The notes below the pieces were generated by a model. It worked only from the letters and a program-made list of their open reading frames with translations. It was not told the DNA's origin and ran no database searches. Below are positions 20,418 through 29,689 of a stretch of 64,000 bases of DNA, in pieces (position 1 is the first letter of the stretch; each line of letters starts with the position of its first letter). The DNA lies in NCBI GenBank assembly GCA_965214775.1, contig OZ243974.1, positions 160,001 to 224,000 on the forward strand, written 5' to 3'. This DNA is from Nitrosopumilus sp. GTDB taxonomy: Archaea > Thermoproteota > Nitrososphaeria > Nitrososphaerales > Nitrosopumilaceae. Both the position numbers and the translations under genes were made by a program.

Positions 20418-21236
20418 TCACGTTCCAATCTGAATCTCATCTGAGCAATACTTTCTCAGAGTCTCGATTGCAGACAGGATTGCCAATCTGCTTGTTTTCG
20501 GATTGTTTGGGTCCGGAAAGTTTTCAGTCGTAAATGACATTCTTCCAAATTTTCCGGTAGCCTCTATATGATGAGTGTTTCTGTCAGTATCAGAGTCTGC
20601 GACGATTTTTACTCTGGTTTTTTCACTGCCCATGCCAGACAGAGAAAGCAAGGCAGCAACGTTGATGTTTGCCGGAAACAATGATACTGCCTCTCTTGCA
20701 GTTCCTTGGAAAATTACTGTCGGAGAAGAGATGTCATCCAGATTAATTTCAGAGGATTCAAAAAACTTTGCACCTTTAAGGGAGCGAGGATGTTTTGTGG
20801 TTGTAATGGAGAGGGATTCCAGTTCGTCTTTTACTGACTTTATCCCGTCAAGTCCGGCAATAGCCCCCGAGGGAAGATAGATGGCTTTTTTAAAGTCCCT
20901 GCATGCATCAGAGAAGATCTCCCATACTGATTCATCAAGCAAGGCGCCAACGCTCATTATCATCAGGTCTCGTCTGTTCTGCAGGACGCTCAGGCCCGCA
21001 TCCTTTACGGCATCCTGAGATGCAGCCTCTACGACAATGTCTACAGGATGCAGAGACAGCAGATGAGAGTTTTCAACTATTTCAGGCTTGGCAGTTAGTC
21101 TTGAAACCAGGGTTTGGGCTGCTTGCTTTGATTCATCAAAAACGTGTGTCAATGCTCCGTTGATCTTTCCAGAATCAATTGCCAGTGCAATTTGAGTTCC
21201 AATTGCGCCGCATCCCAAAAGACCGATTTTTTTCAA
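20418..21236 (-). CDS. nadX: L-aspartate dehydrogenase
   Basis: GCGAIG, SGAIAGLD, FPANINVAA, NPKTSRLA; nad cluster context. Confidence 0.92.
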   Translation of the reverse strand: MKKIGLLGCGAIGTQIALAIDSGKINGALTHVFDESKQAAQTLVSRLTAKPEIVENSHLLSLHPVDIVVEAASQDAVKDAGLSVLQNRRDLMIMSVGALLDESVWEIFSDACRDFKKAIYLPSGAIAGLDGIKSVKDELESLSITTTKHPRSLKGAKFFESSEINLDDISSPTVIFQGTAREAVSLFPANINVAALLSLSGMGSEKTRVKIVADSDTDRNTHHIEATGKFGRMSFTTENFPDPNNPKTSRLAILSAIETLRKYCSDEIQIGT

Positions 21237-21547
21237 CAGTGATGGTTGGATCTGTCTGTCTATTAATTAGTTCTAGGCGCAAAAGCAGAGTCCATGGTGA
21301 ATACTTTTAAGAAAAAACGGCAAAGCAGATGCAGTGAATGCAACAACTCGAGGAATTTTTCTTGGAATCTCTGCCATTTTACTAGTATCATCAGGCATGC
21401 CAGTCGATGCACAGGCAGTCGAATCGCCAAAAAAACAGATCAAAAGAGGGATTGCTCCTGAAGACATCCAATGTAATGTCTGGCTGGAACTATACTGACG
21501 ATCATTGAAAATTTCGCCTGATTACACGTCTTGTGAAGGTTTATAGA

Positions 21548-22025
21548 CGCTATATGAAATCTTATCAGTATCCTGTGATATACAATTATCGTTGGGCCTG
21601 AGAGTCGATGTGATCTTACCATGTACAAGGGTGTTTTATAGACTGACTCGTAACAGCAGGCGGAAAGCAATATACCGCGTAGACGGTGAATGGGAGATTC
21701 CGCCCGGATCAGGCATTTTGATCAAAAAGGAGGTGATAACATGATCAACTCGGCCACAGCAGTACGAAACGACTCAAGACTTGGTTCTATATATGAAAGG
21801 ATAAGAAAGAGACGAGGATGGCAGAAGGCAAAGATTGCAGTTGCAAGGCATATGCTGGAGATAATCTGGCACATGCTGACCACCGGAGAAGAGTACCGCA
21901 CTCAGAACAAGACTCTCACGCAGAGAAAGTATAAGAGGATGCATCGCATAGCAACATTGTCCTGATTCGGAACATCACGCTGGCAAGGGTCCACGGTAGG
22001 ATCTGGTACGATTTCATATGGGAGA
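21548..22025 (+). mobile_element. non-autonomous IS110/IS1111-derived element (internally deleted recombinase)
   Basis: Absent from IS630 copy 2; sub-terminal IRs atatgaaatcttatcag/ctggtacgatttcatat; AGA core at both ends; ORF 21741-21965 is an IS110 C-terminal domain (YERIRKRRGWQKAKIAVARHMLEIIWHML). Confidence 0.88.
21590..21720 (+). ncRNA. candidate bridge/seek RNA of the IS110-derived element
   Basis: Outer stem gcctga/tcaggc encloses two stem-internal-loop-stem arms; loop sequences TTTATAGA and ATGGGAGA match the target and donor junction respectively. Confidence 0.75.
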
Positions 22026-22047
22026 TCTCCGCCATGGCCCTTCTGAC

Positions 22048-23124
22048 ATGAACAAGACGAAAATCCTCACGGATGCCATGCGTGTCGAAAAGGATAACAG
22101 GGTTTATACCAGAATCCTAGCGGTGCGCTCCGTACTGCTTGGCAACACCACTGCACAGACCGCAGAGATTGCCGACGTGACACAGCGTACAGTACAGATG
22201 TGGGTTGAGAGGTTTGAGCTTGACGGCGTTGACGGTCTCCGTGACTCCCCCAACAGGGGGAAAAAGCCAAAGGTCCCAGTCGGCAGGATAAAAAAGATCG
22301 CCACGAGGGTGCGCAGGATGGAAAAGCTCACCCCGAAGAAGATGCGCAACTGGGTGCGCCGCAAACTGCATGTCACATACAGCGTTGGAAGCATCAGAAG
22401 AATCCTGCGCACGATGGGATTCTCGCTAAAGACGTCAACTACCAAGCTGGCAAATGCTGCCGACGCAAAGGAGGTAAGACGGTGGCAAAGGGAGGCAAAA
22501 GACACGATTAGGCTTGCAAAAAGGCGCGGATTCAGGATAACCGTACAGGACGAGTCGATATTCGTCAGTACGGGAAGGGACGGCAGAAAGTTCGTACAAC
22601 TTCAGGTCCTATTTAAACCGCCTAGGAATCTAGGAAGTATTTGCTTGCCAGTATAAATAGGACCTGAAGTTGTACGAAAGTTCTGGTCGCCAGTGGGGGA
22701 CAGGATCGAGGTGCAACGATCCGGCAGAAGGGAGCGCGTCGTGGTATACGGAACGGTTGCAGACGACGGAACCAGGCTGATGCACACATACGACAAGTTC
22801 AACAGCATAAACTTTGTGCGTTATCTCAAGCAGGCGCACAGAAAGTGGGGAAAGGTACTGATGGTGATGGACAACGCATCACAGCATAAGACCGGAAGGG
22901 TTCGTAGGTACCTGAAGAAAAATCCCGACGTTGTCCTGCTGTACCTGCCGGTAGCTAGGCCGGAGCTGAGTGGCATAGAGCCAATCTGGAAGGATGCCAA
23001 GTACAGGCTGGTCACATCTGCCTTTTACGATACGGCAGATCACCTCAAAAGAGCCGTCTCAGAATACTTTAGGACGTGTTCCATTAAAGTTGACATCTAC
23101 AAATATCTTGAGCGCCGCGTGTAA
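22048..23124 (+). pseudogene. IS630 transposase interrupted by MITE H
   Basis: MNKTKILTDA...QDES; 90-bp in-frame insertion with a stop at 22654; continues MDNA...RPELS DDE motifs. Confidence 0.9.
22594..22675. mobile_element. MITE family H (82 bp)
   Basis: Perfect 22-bp TIR gtacaacttcaggtcctattta; 8-bp target duplication GAAAGTTC; absent from IS630 copy 2. Confidence 0.92.
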
Positions 23125-24033
23125 AGAAGGCGAAATTTTCAATGATCGTCAGTATAGTCATCAGGGATAACGGAAATCCGGCCTGTGTTACAGCAAGTAC
23201 TGCTGAAAAGATGAAGAGTTTGGGAATTGCCTTTGGCCTGGCTCCTGTTTCAAAATCCGAAAATCAGATCCAATCAATTCCAGCATCAGGTGAATCCACA
23301 GTCAGTTTCTACATTACAGATCATGATTTGAATTTGGCCCATGGCGGAGTGGAAATCATTGAGACGGACGGACTTTTGGAATTTACGGTTAATGGGAAAG
23401 CAATTCCCGGACCAGAAACAATGATTGAGACGGGTCCTAATACAGGTCAGTTTTATGTAAAGCTGGAACTGCCTGACACAGTAAATGGAAGACAAATCAG
23501 CCAGGATGACATCGTTCTGGTCAGATATCTGGATCAATCAGATGATGCAGGAGAGCAGAGAGTTCTAGTCAAATCTGTAAAACTTTCAAAAACGTTTGCC
23601 AAAATCCAGACGGCAGGAGGAGGCGGCTCAAGAATAGGACATGAGTTTACCGTGCGAATATACGAGTCGGATGCAAATATGGATTCCAAGGAAGTGGACA
23701 GAATTTCTCTGAGTTTGTTAGAGTTCAGAGGGGAGGGCGGAATCAGAACAACATTGGCAAATCCAAAATTTGACGCAAACTCTGCATTCCTTTTAGAAAC
23801 AGAACCCAACTCAAGCACATTTGAAGTGAAGGTAAAAATTCCAAGGGAGGTGGATGGAAAAACAATCCACATCGGAGACAAATACGAAATCAGATATATC
23901 GACAGATCCACTACGTCAGATACGGATGAGAAAGTGATCTTCAGTGGCAGGATTGGATGATGGTTTTAATGGATCAGGTTTGTCAATATTCAGTATAACC
24001 TAAAGATTTTATTCAAAACAACGAACTAGTTGT

Positions 24034-24870
24034 GTGCTCAATACTGTATACAAGGATGCCATCGTAAACAGAGACAAAATGCTCTCAGTTCTCAAAGGTC
24101 CCAAATTTGAGGAAATTATCAACAAGGCAAGAGAGAACTGGGTAGAATTTACGCCTGTAAAAGAAGAAGTTGTTACAGCAGGCATCGATAGTAGTTTCAA
24201 TAATACAAAATTTCAAGGAATTGATCTTTGGGCAACCACGGCTGTATCCATCAAAGATGATGGTGAAATTCTGGTTGATTTGCATGATTCAGGATTAGGT
24301 TCAGACACTAACTTGTCTAGAATTGCAAGTAGAATGGAAATTGAAGCCTGTGAGAAAACAGTGGATGCGGTAGATTTGGTTTTGATGGACGGATCTTTGC
24401 ATTCACAGTTTCTGACAAGACAATCAACGCTTGATGCACTTGTTGTAAAAACAATGAAAAAAAGAAACAATGTAATCTTTATTGCAAAAACATCAAACAC
24501 AAAAAAACAATTTGAAAAACTAGGTTCACTTGCCGGAGATATCTTCTATTACAATCATGTAACAAACAACCCCGGATTTAGTAAAATCTTTGTAGAGAGA
24601 AAATATGGCATAGACAAGATAATCTCTTCTACTTTTGTCAGGTTAAGCGACTCTACCCCCATTATCAAATTAGAATTTTTAGGAGGGCAAATTAATGAGC
24701 AGAAAATCAAGTCTGTAATGAACAAGATATACAAAACAAGTATTGGAGGCTATCCATATGCTCTCAAATTAGCTCACAACAACTGTAAGATATCCGACAA
24801 GGAACTTGGAAAAATGGTAAGCTTATTAGGATTAAGTAATGAGATTGGTTCAAGGGAGGTCTTGGGTTGA
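24034..24870 (+). CDS. nurA: DNA double-strand break repair nuclease NurA
   Basis: AGIDSS, LMDGSL, IAKTS, GYPYALKLAH. Confidence 0.92.
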   Translation: MLNTVYKDAIVNRDKMLSVLKGPKFEEIINKARENWVEFTPVKEEVVTAGIDSSFNNTKFQGIDLWATTAVSIKDDGEILVDLHDSGLGSDTNLSRIASRMEIEACEKTVDAVDLVLMDGSLHSQFLTRQSTLDALVVKTMKKRNNVIFIAKTSNTKKQFEKLGSLAGDIFYYNHVTNNPGFSKIFVERKYGIDKIISSTFVRLSDSTPIIKLEFLGGQINEQKIKSVMNKIYKTSIGGYPYALKLAHNNCKISDKELGKMVSLLGLSNEIGSREVLG

Positions 24871-26399
24871 GTCTTGGTTTTGTTGTTGGTGAATCCAAAC
24901 CAACTTTTGTAACTGCAATTACATCAAGAGCATTATCTGTTGGAGAATACATCAAAATTGGTTCTGGCCAAGGAGAGATCTTGGGATTGGTTGAAAGATC
25001 TTCAGTTTCAAGTGCGGCATTTGCTGATGTGAAAAATTTTGATGAAGCAGTAGAAAGTACTGAAATTGCAGAGATAAACAAACGCGATAAAACATTTACG
25101 GCCAATATTGGAATTTTGGGATTCCTCAGTAATTTGAAGAAGGGCAAGTCAATCATCCCCGCAATTCCGCCTATTCCAGGCACAGAGATAACACAGCCAA
25201 CAAAGCAGGACCTTGAAGAGATCTTCAGTCCTAAGGAAAATGGCTGGGTAAAGATTGGGAGTCTTTTGAGAAACAACACAATTGATGCATGTATTAATTT
25301 AGACAAAATAGTTTCAAGACATTTAGGAATTCTTGCCATGACAGGAATGGGCAAGAGCAATCTAGTCTCATTAGTTACAAAACAAATTTCCAGACTAAAG
25401 GGAACAGTAATTATTTTTGATTATCATAATGATTACACATCTCTAAACATTCCCAGAGTCAATGTGATTGATGCAAAAATCAATCCCAGGTTATTGGATG
25501 CAGACCAACTTTCAGAAGTTTTAGAAATTAGAGACGGTGCAAATGTGCAACAAAGAGTCCTAAGAATGGCATTCACAAAACATGTCAAAGAAGCAAAAGA
25601 ATTTTGGAGTAAGTTAGAAACAGAGATTGATTCTATCGTAAACTCTGAAGATAGAAGATTAAAGGAAGTCAGAACATCAGCTTACAGAGTTCAGGATATT
25701 ATCGAAGAGGCACAAAAAAGATTTGAAGATATTTTAGATCCCGACATGGGAGATCCCATCAGTTTTATCAAAGAAGGCAGGACAAATGTATTGAACATTT
25801 CGGAATTATCTGAAAAACAGGCAAATGTTGCTGTTGCGTTTTATTTACAACAGTTGCTCAAAGATAGAAAAGATGCAAGCATTGCAAGACATGGGAAAAC
25901 AAAGAGACAGAGAAATTTCAGATTCAATTCACCAATTTTTGTAATAATAGAGGAGGCACATGTGTTTATTCCAAAAGATCACGATACCAGTGCAAAATAT
26001 TGGGCTGCAAAAATTGCCAGAGAAGGAAGAAAGTTTGGTCTCGGTTTAGGAGTAGTTTCTCAAAGACCTCGGAGTGTGGATCTTAATGTGCTCAGCCAAA
26101 TGGGCTCCTTTGCAATAATGAAAATTATCCAAGAAGATGATCAAAGGCAGATAGCCTCAGCCACAGAGTCTACTAGCCGTGAATTAATTGCTCAATTGAC
26201 ATCTTTGAACGTTGGAGATGCGGTTTTGGTGGGTCAATGGACCAATTTGCCATCTTTGGTGCATGTTGAGGAAGTAAAAGAGAAAATAATGGGATCAGAT
26301 CAAAGTGCAGTTAATGCATGGGCTAATGCTGAGAAAATGAACAAGGTTGCCATAGAATCAACACAGGGCTTAATAAAGAAAGATTTGTTGTTAGACTAA
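24867..26399 (+). CDS. herA: HerA helicase/ATPase
   Basis: HAS barrel, RHLGILAMTGMGKS, IEEAH, REGRKFG, SQRP. Confidence 0.93.
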   Translation: MSLGFVVGESKPTFVTAITSRALSVGEYIKIGSGQGEILGLVERSSVSSAAFADVKNFDEAVESTEIAEINKRDKTFTANIGILGFLSNLKKGKSIIPAIPPIPGTEITQPTKQDLEEIFSPKENGWVKIGSLLRNNTIDACINLDKIVSRHLGILAMTGMGKSNLVSLVTKQISRLKGTVIIFDYHNDYTSLNIPRVNVIDAKINPRLLDADQLSEVLEIRDGANVQQRVLRMAFTKHVKEAKEFWSKLETEIDSIVNSEDRRLKEVRTSAYRVQDIIEEAQKRFEDILDPDMGDPISFIKEGRTNVLNISELSEKQANVAVAFYLQQLLKDRKDASIARHGKTKRQRNFRFNSPIFVIIEEAHVFIPKDHDTSAKYWAAKIAREGRKFGLGLGVVSQRPRSVDLNVLSQMGSFAIMKIIQEDDQRQIASATESTSRELIAQLTSLNVGDAVLVGQWTNLPSLVHVEEVKEKIMGSDQSAVNAWANAEKMNKVAIESTQGLIKKDLLLD

Positions 26400-26588
26400 A
26401 TTGTTACCTGATATGCCGATTTCACCCGTTTGTTCCACAAGAGCACCGCCGTTTATGTGCCTGATTTTTACGGATTTTGTGTCAAAAAATCACACATGGT
26501 TGATGTGTCAGACAAGACGTATCTTGGCAGCCTTTGCCGCTGCGTCTTTTTCCTCTCGTACTCAGGCAATTCTGCAGACAGAGGAGAG

Positions 26589-26697
26589 TCCTCGTTCTCA
26601 TTGTACCGACAAGTCTGTTCTGCTGACATGCAAAATCCCATGCATGCAGAGCCGTGGATGGATCCTCGTTCTCATTGTACCGACAAGTCTGTTCTGC
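26589..26697. repeat. isolated 35-bp direct repeat pair with 39-bp spacer
   Basis: tcctcgttctcattgtaccgacaagtctgttctgc at 26589-26623 and 26663-26697. Confidence 0.9.
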
Positions 26698-27082
26698 CCC
26701 TCAGTTGTCCTGTCCCTTGCCTTTATGACATTTTCTAACGTGGTTATTCTGTCTGTAATCGATGCAATTGCGGTCTCAGGCTCACGATATGTTGGCCGGC
26801 GACCTTTTATGATGCCGATGTTGTGCGGGGGTTGTATTTGGATCAGTGGGATTAGGACATATCAAACAGATTGTCAAGGTACAGATGGCCACACACTTGG
26901 CACGTGCCACCAATGTTATTAGTTACAAATCAAAGTTACATCAGAATCATCATGGGAATTCCAGTCAACGGAACACCGGAGTTTGTAAAACTTTTCCAGT
27001 CTCTAAATAAAACAGAACGACTATTCAGGGAACTATACTGACGATCATTGAAAATTTCGCCTGATTACACGTCTTGTGAAGG

Positions 27083-27088
27083 TTTATA
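27083..27088 (+). promoter_or_regulatory. putative TATA box of IS630 transposase
   Basis: TTTATA 25-30 nt upstream of ATG 27113, the usual spacing for a leaderless archaeal transcript. Confidence 0.55.
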
Positions 27089-27112
27089 GATCTCCGCCAT
27101 GGCCCTTCTGAC

Positions 27113-28099
27113 ATGAACAAGACGAAAATCCTCACGGACGCCATGCATGTAGAAAAGGATAACAGGGTTTATACCAGAATCCTGGCGGTGCGCTCCGTAC
27201 TGCTTGGCAACACCACTGCACAGACCGCAGAGATTGCCGACGTGACACAGCGTACCGTACAGATGTGGGTTGAGAGGTTTGAGCTTGACGGCGTTGACGG
27301 TCTCCGTGACTCCCCCAACAGGGGCAAAAAGCCAAAGGTTCCAATCAACAGGATAAAAAAGATCGCCATGAGGCTGCGCAGGATGGAAAAGCTCACCCCA
27401 AAGAAGATGCGCAACTGGGTGCGCCGCAAACTGCATGTAACATACAGCGTTGGAAGCATCAGAAGAATCCTGCGCACGATGGGATTCTCGCTAAAGACGT
27501 CAACTACCAAGCTGGCAGATGCTGCCGACGCAAAGGAGGTAAGACGATGGCAAAGGGAGGCAAAAGACACGATTAGGCTTGCAAAAAGGCGCGGATTCAG
27601 GATAACCGTACAGGACGAGTCGATATTCGTCAGTACGGGAAGGGACGGCAAAAAGTTCTGGTCGCCAGTGGGGGACAGAATCGAGGTGCAACGATCCGGC
27701 AGAAGGGAGCGCGTCGTGGTATACGGAACGGTTGCAGACGACGGAACCAGGCTGATGCGTACATACGACAAGTTCAACAGCATAAACTTTGTGCGTTATC
27801 TCAAGCAGGCGCGCAAAAAGTGGGGAAAGGTTCTGATTGTGATGGACAACGCAGCACAGCATAGGACCGGAAGGGTCCGCATGTACCTGGAGAAAAATCC
27901 CGACGTTATCCTGCTGTACCTGCCGGTAGCCAGGCCGGAGCTGAGCGCCATAGAGCCAATCTGGAAGGATGCCAAGTACATACTGGTCACATCTGCCTTT
28001 TACGATTCGGCAGATCACCTCAAAAGGGATGTCTCGGAATACTTTAGGACGTGTTCCATCAAGGTTGACATCTACAAATATCTTGAGCGCCGCGTGTAA
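27113..28099 (+). CDS. IS630 family transposase
   Basis: HTH N-terminus; QDES, MDNA, RPELSAIE DDE triad. Confidence 0.95.
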   Translation: MNKTKILTDAMHVEKDNRVYTRILAVRSVLLGNTTAQTAEIADVTQRTVQMWVERFELDGVDGLRDSPNRGKKPKVPINRIKKIAMRLRRMEKLTPKKMRNWVRRKLHVTYSVGSIRRILRTMGFSLKTSTTKLADAADAKEVRRWQREAKDTIRLAKRRGFRITVQDESIFVSTGRDGKKFWSPVGDRIEVQRSGRRERVVVYGTVADDGTRLMRTYDKFNSINFVRYLKQARKKWGKVLIVMDNAAQHRTGRVRMYLEKNPDVILLYLPVARPELSAIEPIWKDAKYILVTSAFYDSADHLKRDVSEYFRTCSIKVDIYKYLERRV

Positions 28100-28364
28100 T
28101 CAGGCGAAATTTTCAATGATCGTCAGTATAGATGCAATCTTAGAGGCACTTGCAGAAAACCCCCTACTAGGGGAACGGATAAGATTTGAATTGGTTCCAA
28201 AATCACTTAAGAAGCGGTACCCGGATCTTGACAACCTGTTGCGGGTTGAGGTAAACAAGAGATGGCGTTTGTTGTATACTTTAGTCGGATGGCCACAAAA
28301 CAAAACGGTGTATGTCTTGATGGCCATGCCTCACAAAGAATATGATAGACTGTTTGGCTATTGA

Positions 28365-28655
28365 TCACTTCAATGGAATTGAATTCTCTTCCAAACCAAC
28401 CAGTCCCGGTTTGTCTCTTGCAAATATCCAGAACACCGCACCGTTCTTGTCGTATGCTATTTTGTTTGATTCTTCTAAACACACTAGAACTTTCTTGAAG
28501 GTGGCATGTTGTATGCGACGTGGCAATGCGTTATACAGTTCTGTTGCAGTTCTAAAATCTCGATTTGACTCTATTGTCTGCTCTACCATTTGTATCGTAT
28601 CAAGAGTCGGGCTGTGAGTCGTTTTCTTTGCTGCAACAGCTGCACTTTTACTCAT
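28365..28655 (-). CDS. small winged-helix-like DNA-binding protein
   Basis: SPTLDTIQMVE...LYNALPRRIQH...LEESNKI pattern; upstream acattattgtata repeats could be an operator. Confidence 0.65.
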   Translation of the reverse strand: MSKSAAVAAKKTTHSPTLDTIQMVEQTIESNRDFRTATELYNALPRRIQHATFKKVLVCLEESNKIAYDKNGAVFWIFARDKPGLVGLEENSIPLK

Positions 28656-28694
28656 ACAATGTAATGAACATTATTGTATATTTACATTATTGTA

Positions 28695-28773
28695 TAGCAA
28701 CGGGCAGAAGTCTTTGAGTCAAAGTAGGTCATAACTACACGTAAAAAACCTCAATTATTTCTGCTCATTGCTA
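28695..28773 (+). mobile_element. MITE family B
   Basis: 79 bp, tagcaa...ttgcta, TA duplication. Confidence 0.9.
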
Positions 28774-28780
28774 TACATAC

Positions 28781-28901
28781 CAGTCTTCCCAGAAGTACGC
28801 GATTCATGACTGTGCAGATGGTGGTAAGTGAATCTGCAGGCATCATAATTTGGTTTGCCTCAAATCAGGAGCCGTTTTCCCGGTTACTTCTGGGAAGACT
28901 G
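28781..28901 (+). mobile_element. MITE family C (121 bp, CAG-ended, ISH3-like)
   Basis: TIR cagtcttcccagaagta/tacttctgggaagactg; ATAC duplication. Confidence 0.9.
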
Positions 28902-28912
28902 ATACATGCATA

Positions 28913-29033
28913 CAGTCCTCTCAAAAGTTCCCAGGAAAACGGCTCCAAGCTCAAAACAGTGTAAACCAAGCTGCCTGCAGATCCGCACGTCGCCGTCTCC
29001 ATCCCCACGAGTCGTGCACGTCTGGAAAGACGG
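28913..29033 (-). mobile_element. MITE family C (diverged, reverse)
   Basis: 121 bp; contains aaaacggctcc and gcctgcagat, reverse-complement core motifs. Confidence 0.75.
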
Positions 29034-29053
29034 ACATGCAGTTAAGCATGATA

Positions 29054-29132
29054 TAGCAACGAGCAGAAATAATTGAGGTTTTTTACGTGTGGTTATGACC
29101 TACTTTGACTCAAAGACTTCTGCCCGTTGCTA
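29054..29132 (-). mobile_element. MITE family B (reverse)
   Basis: Near-exact reverse complement of 28695-28773, TA duplication. Confidence 0.9.
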
Positions 29133-29270
29133 TACATAGAATTGAAAGATGGTCATTTCTTATCGAAATGGGTACATATGTATCAAAATTATAGTTCATT
29201 TTTTTGATGTGCGCACTACGAAATGTACTCTAAATCAAGCATCAATAATGATGTTTGGACTCTCATCGTC

Positions 29271-29361
29271 GAAAGAGTTTACCCCTCAGGCGACACTGCT
29301 GGCCGGAGCATTCGTGATCACGCTTGTTGTGCCGTATCCCATTGGAGGGGCAAACTCTTCC
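29271..29361 (+). mobile_element. MITE family A
   Basis: gagtttacccctcaggcgacactg...; TCATCGTC duplication. Confidence 0.85.
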
Positions 29362-29562
29362 TCATCGTCGATCCCATGTACACGGTACATAATCTTAGTA
29401 CGCAGGCATGATTTTGTGACACAGGTACTTTTTGTGCTCAGCAATCAAGGCGACTTTCAGGCCCAACAGCAATGCCAGATCACAGGATACAGATAAGATT
29501 TCACACAGCGTCTTAAGCTTGGCAGTCATTTTACGGGAAACGATTTTGATAATCCCTTCATG

Positions 29563-29643
29563 AGGCGCACAAAATAAAATTTTAACCTTGAAGAATTCAA
29601 ATCAGATACAGACAAGCAGAGAAGGCGCACAAAATAAAATTTT
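29563..29643. repeat. 21-bp direct repeat pair with 39-bp spacer
   Basis: aggcgcacaaaataaaatttt at 29563-29583 and 29623-29643. Confidence 0.85.
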
Positions 29644-29689
29644 GAAAAACGCTATTAATAAATAAACATAACTAAAACTGCATACAGAA

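Larger units (their letters stand above)
21493..23154 (+). mobile_element. IS630-family element, copy 1 (inactivated by two nested insertions)
   Basis: TIR tactgacgatcattgaaaatttcgcct/aggcgaaattttcaatgatcgtcagta; TA duplicated in CTAG; near-identical to 27036-28128. Confidence 0.95.
21334..23960 (+). pseudogene. secreted/S-layer-like thaumarchaeal protein disrupted by IS630
   Basis: Signal peptide + PKKQIKRGIAPEDIQCNVWLEL resumes in frame after the IS as VIRDNGNPACV...; ETGPNTG-type S-layer-like motifs downstream. Confidence 0.85.
27036..28128 (+). mobile_element. IS630-family element, copy 2 (intact)
   Basis: Perfect long TIRs, TA duplication at gaaCTAG. Confidence 0.96.
26952..28364 (+). 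pseudogene. RelE/ParE-like toxin disrupted by IS630
   Basis: MGIPVNGTPEFVKLF...FREL|DAILEALAENPLLGE...RWRLLYTL...HKEYDRLFGY, contiguous once the IS is removed. Confidence 0.78.

Noticed and set aside
26401-26922. 173-aa + strand ORF after herA
   Set aside because: No recognisable motifs, atypical composition, and it spans a repeat scar; likely degraded mobile DNA.
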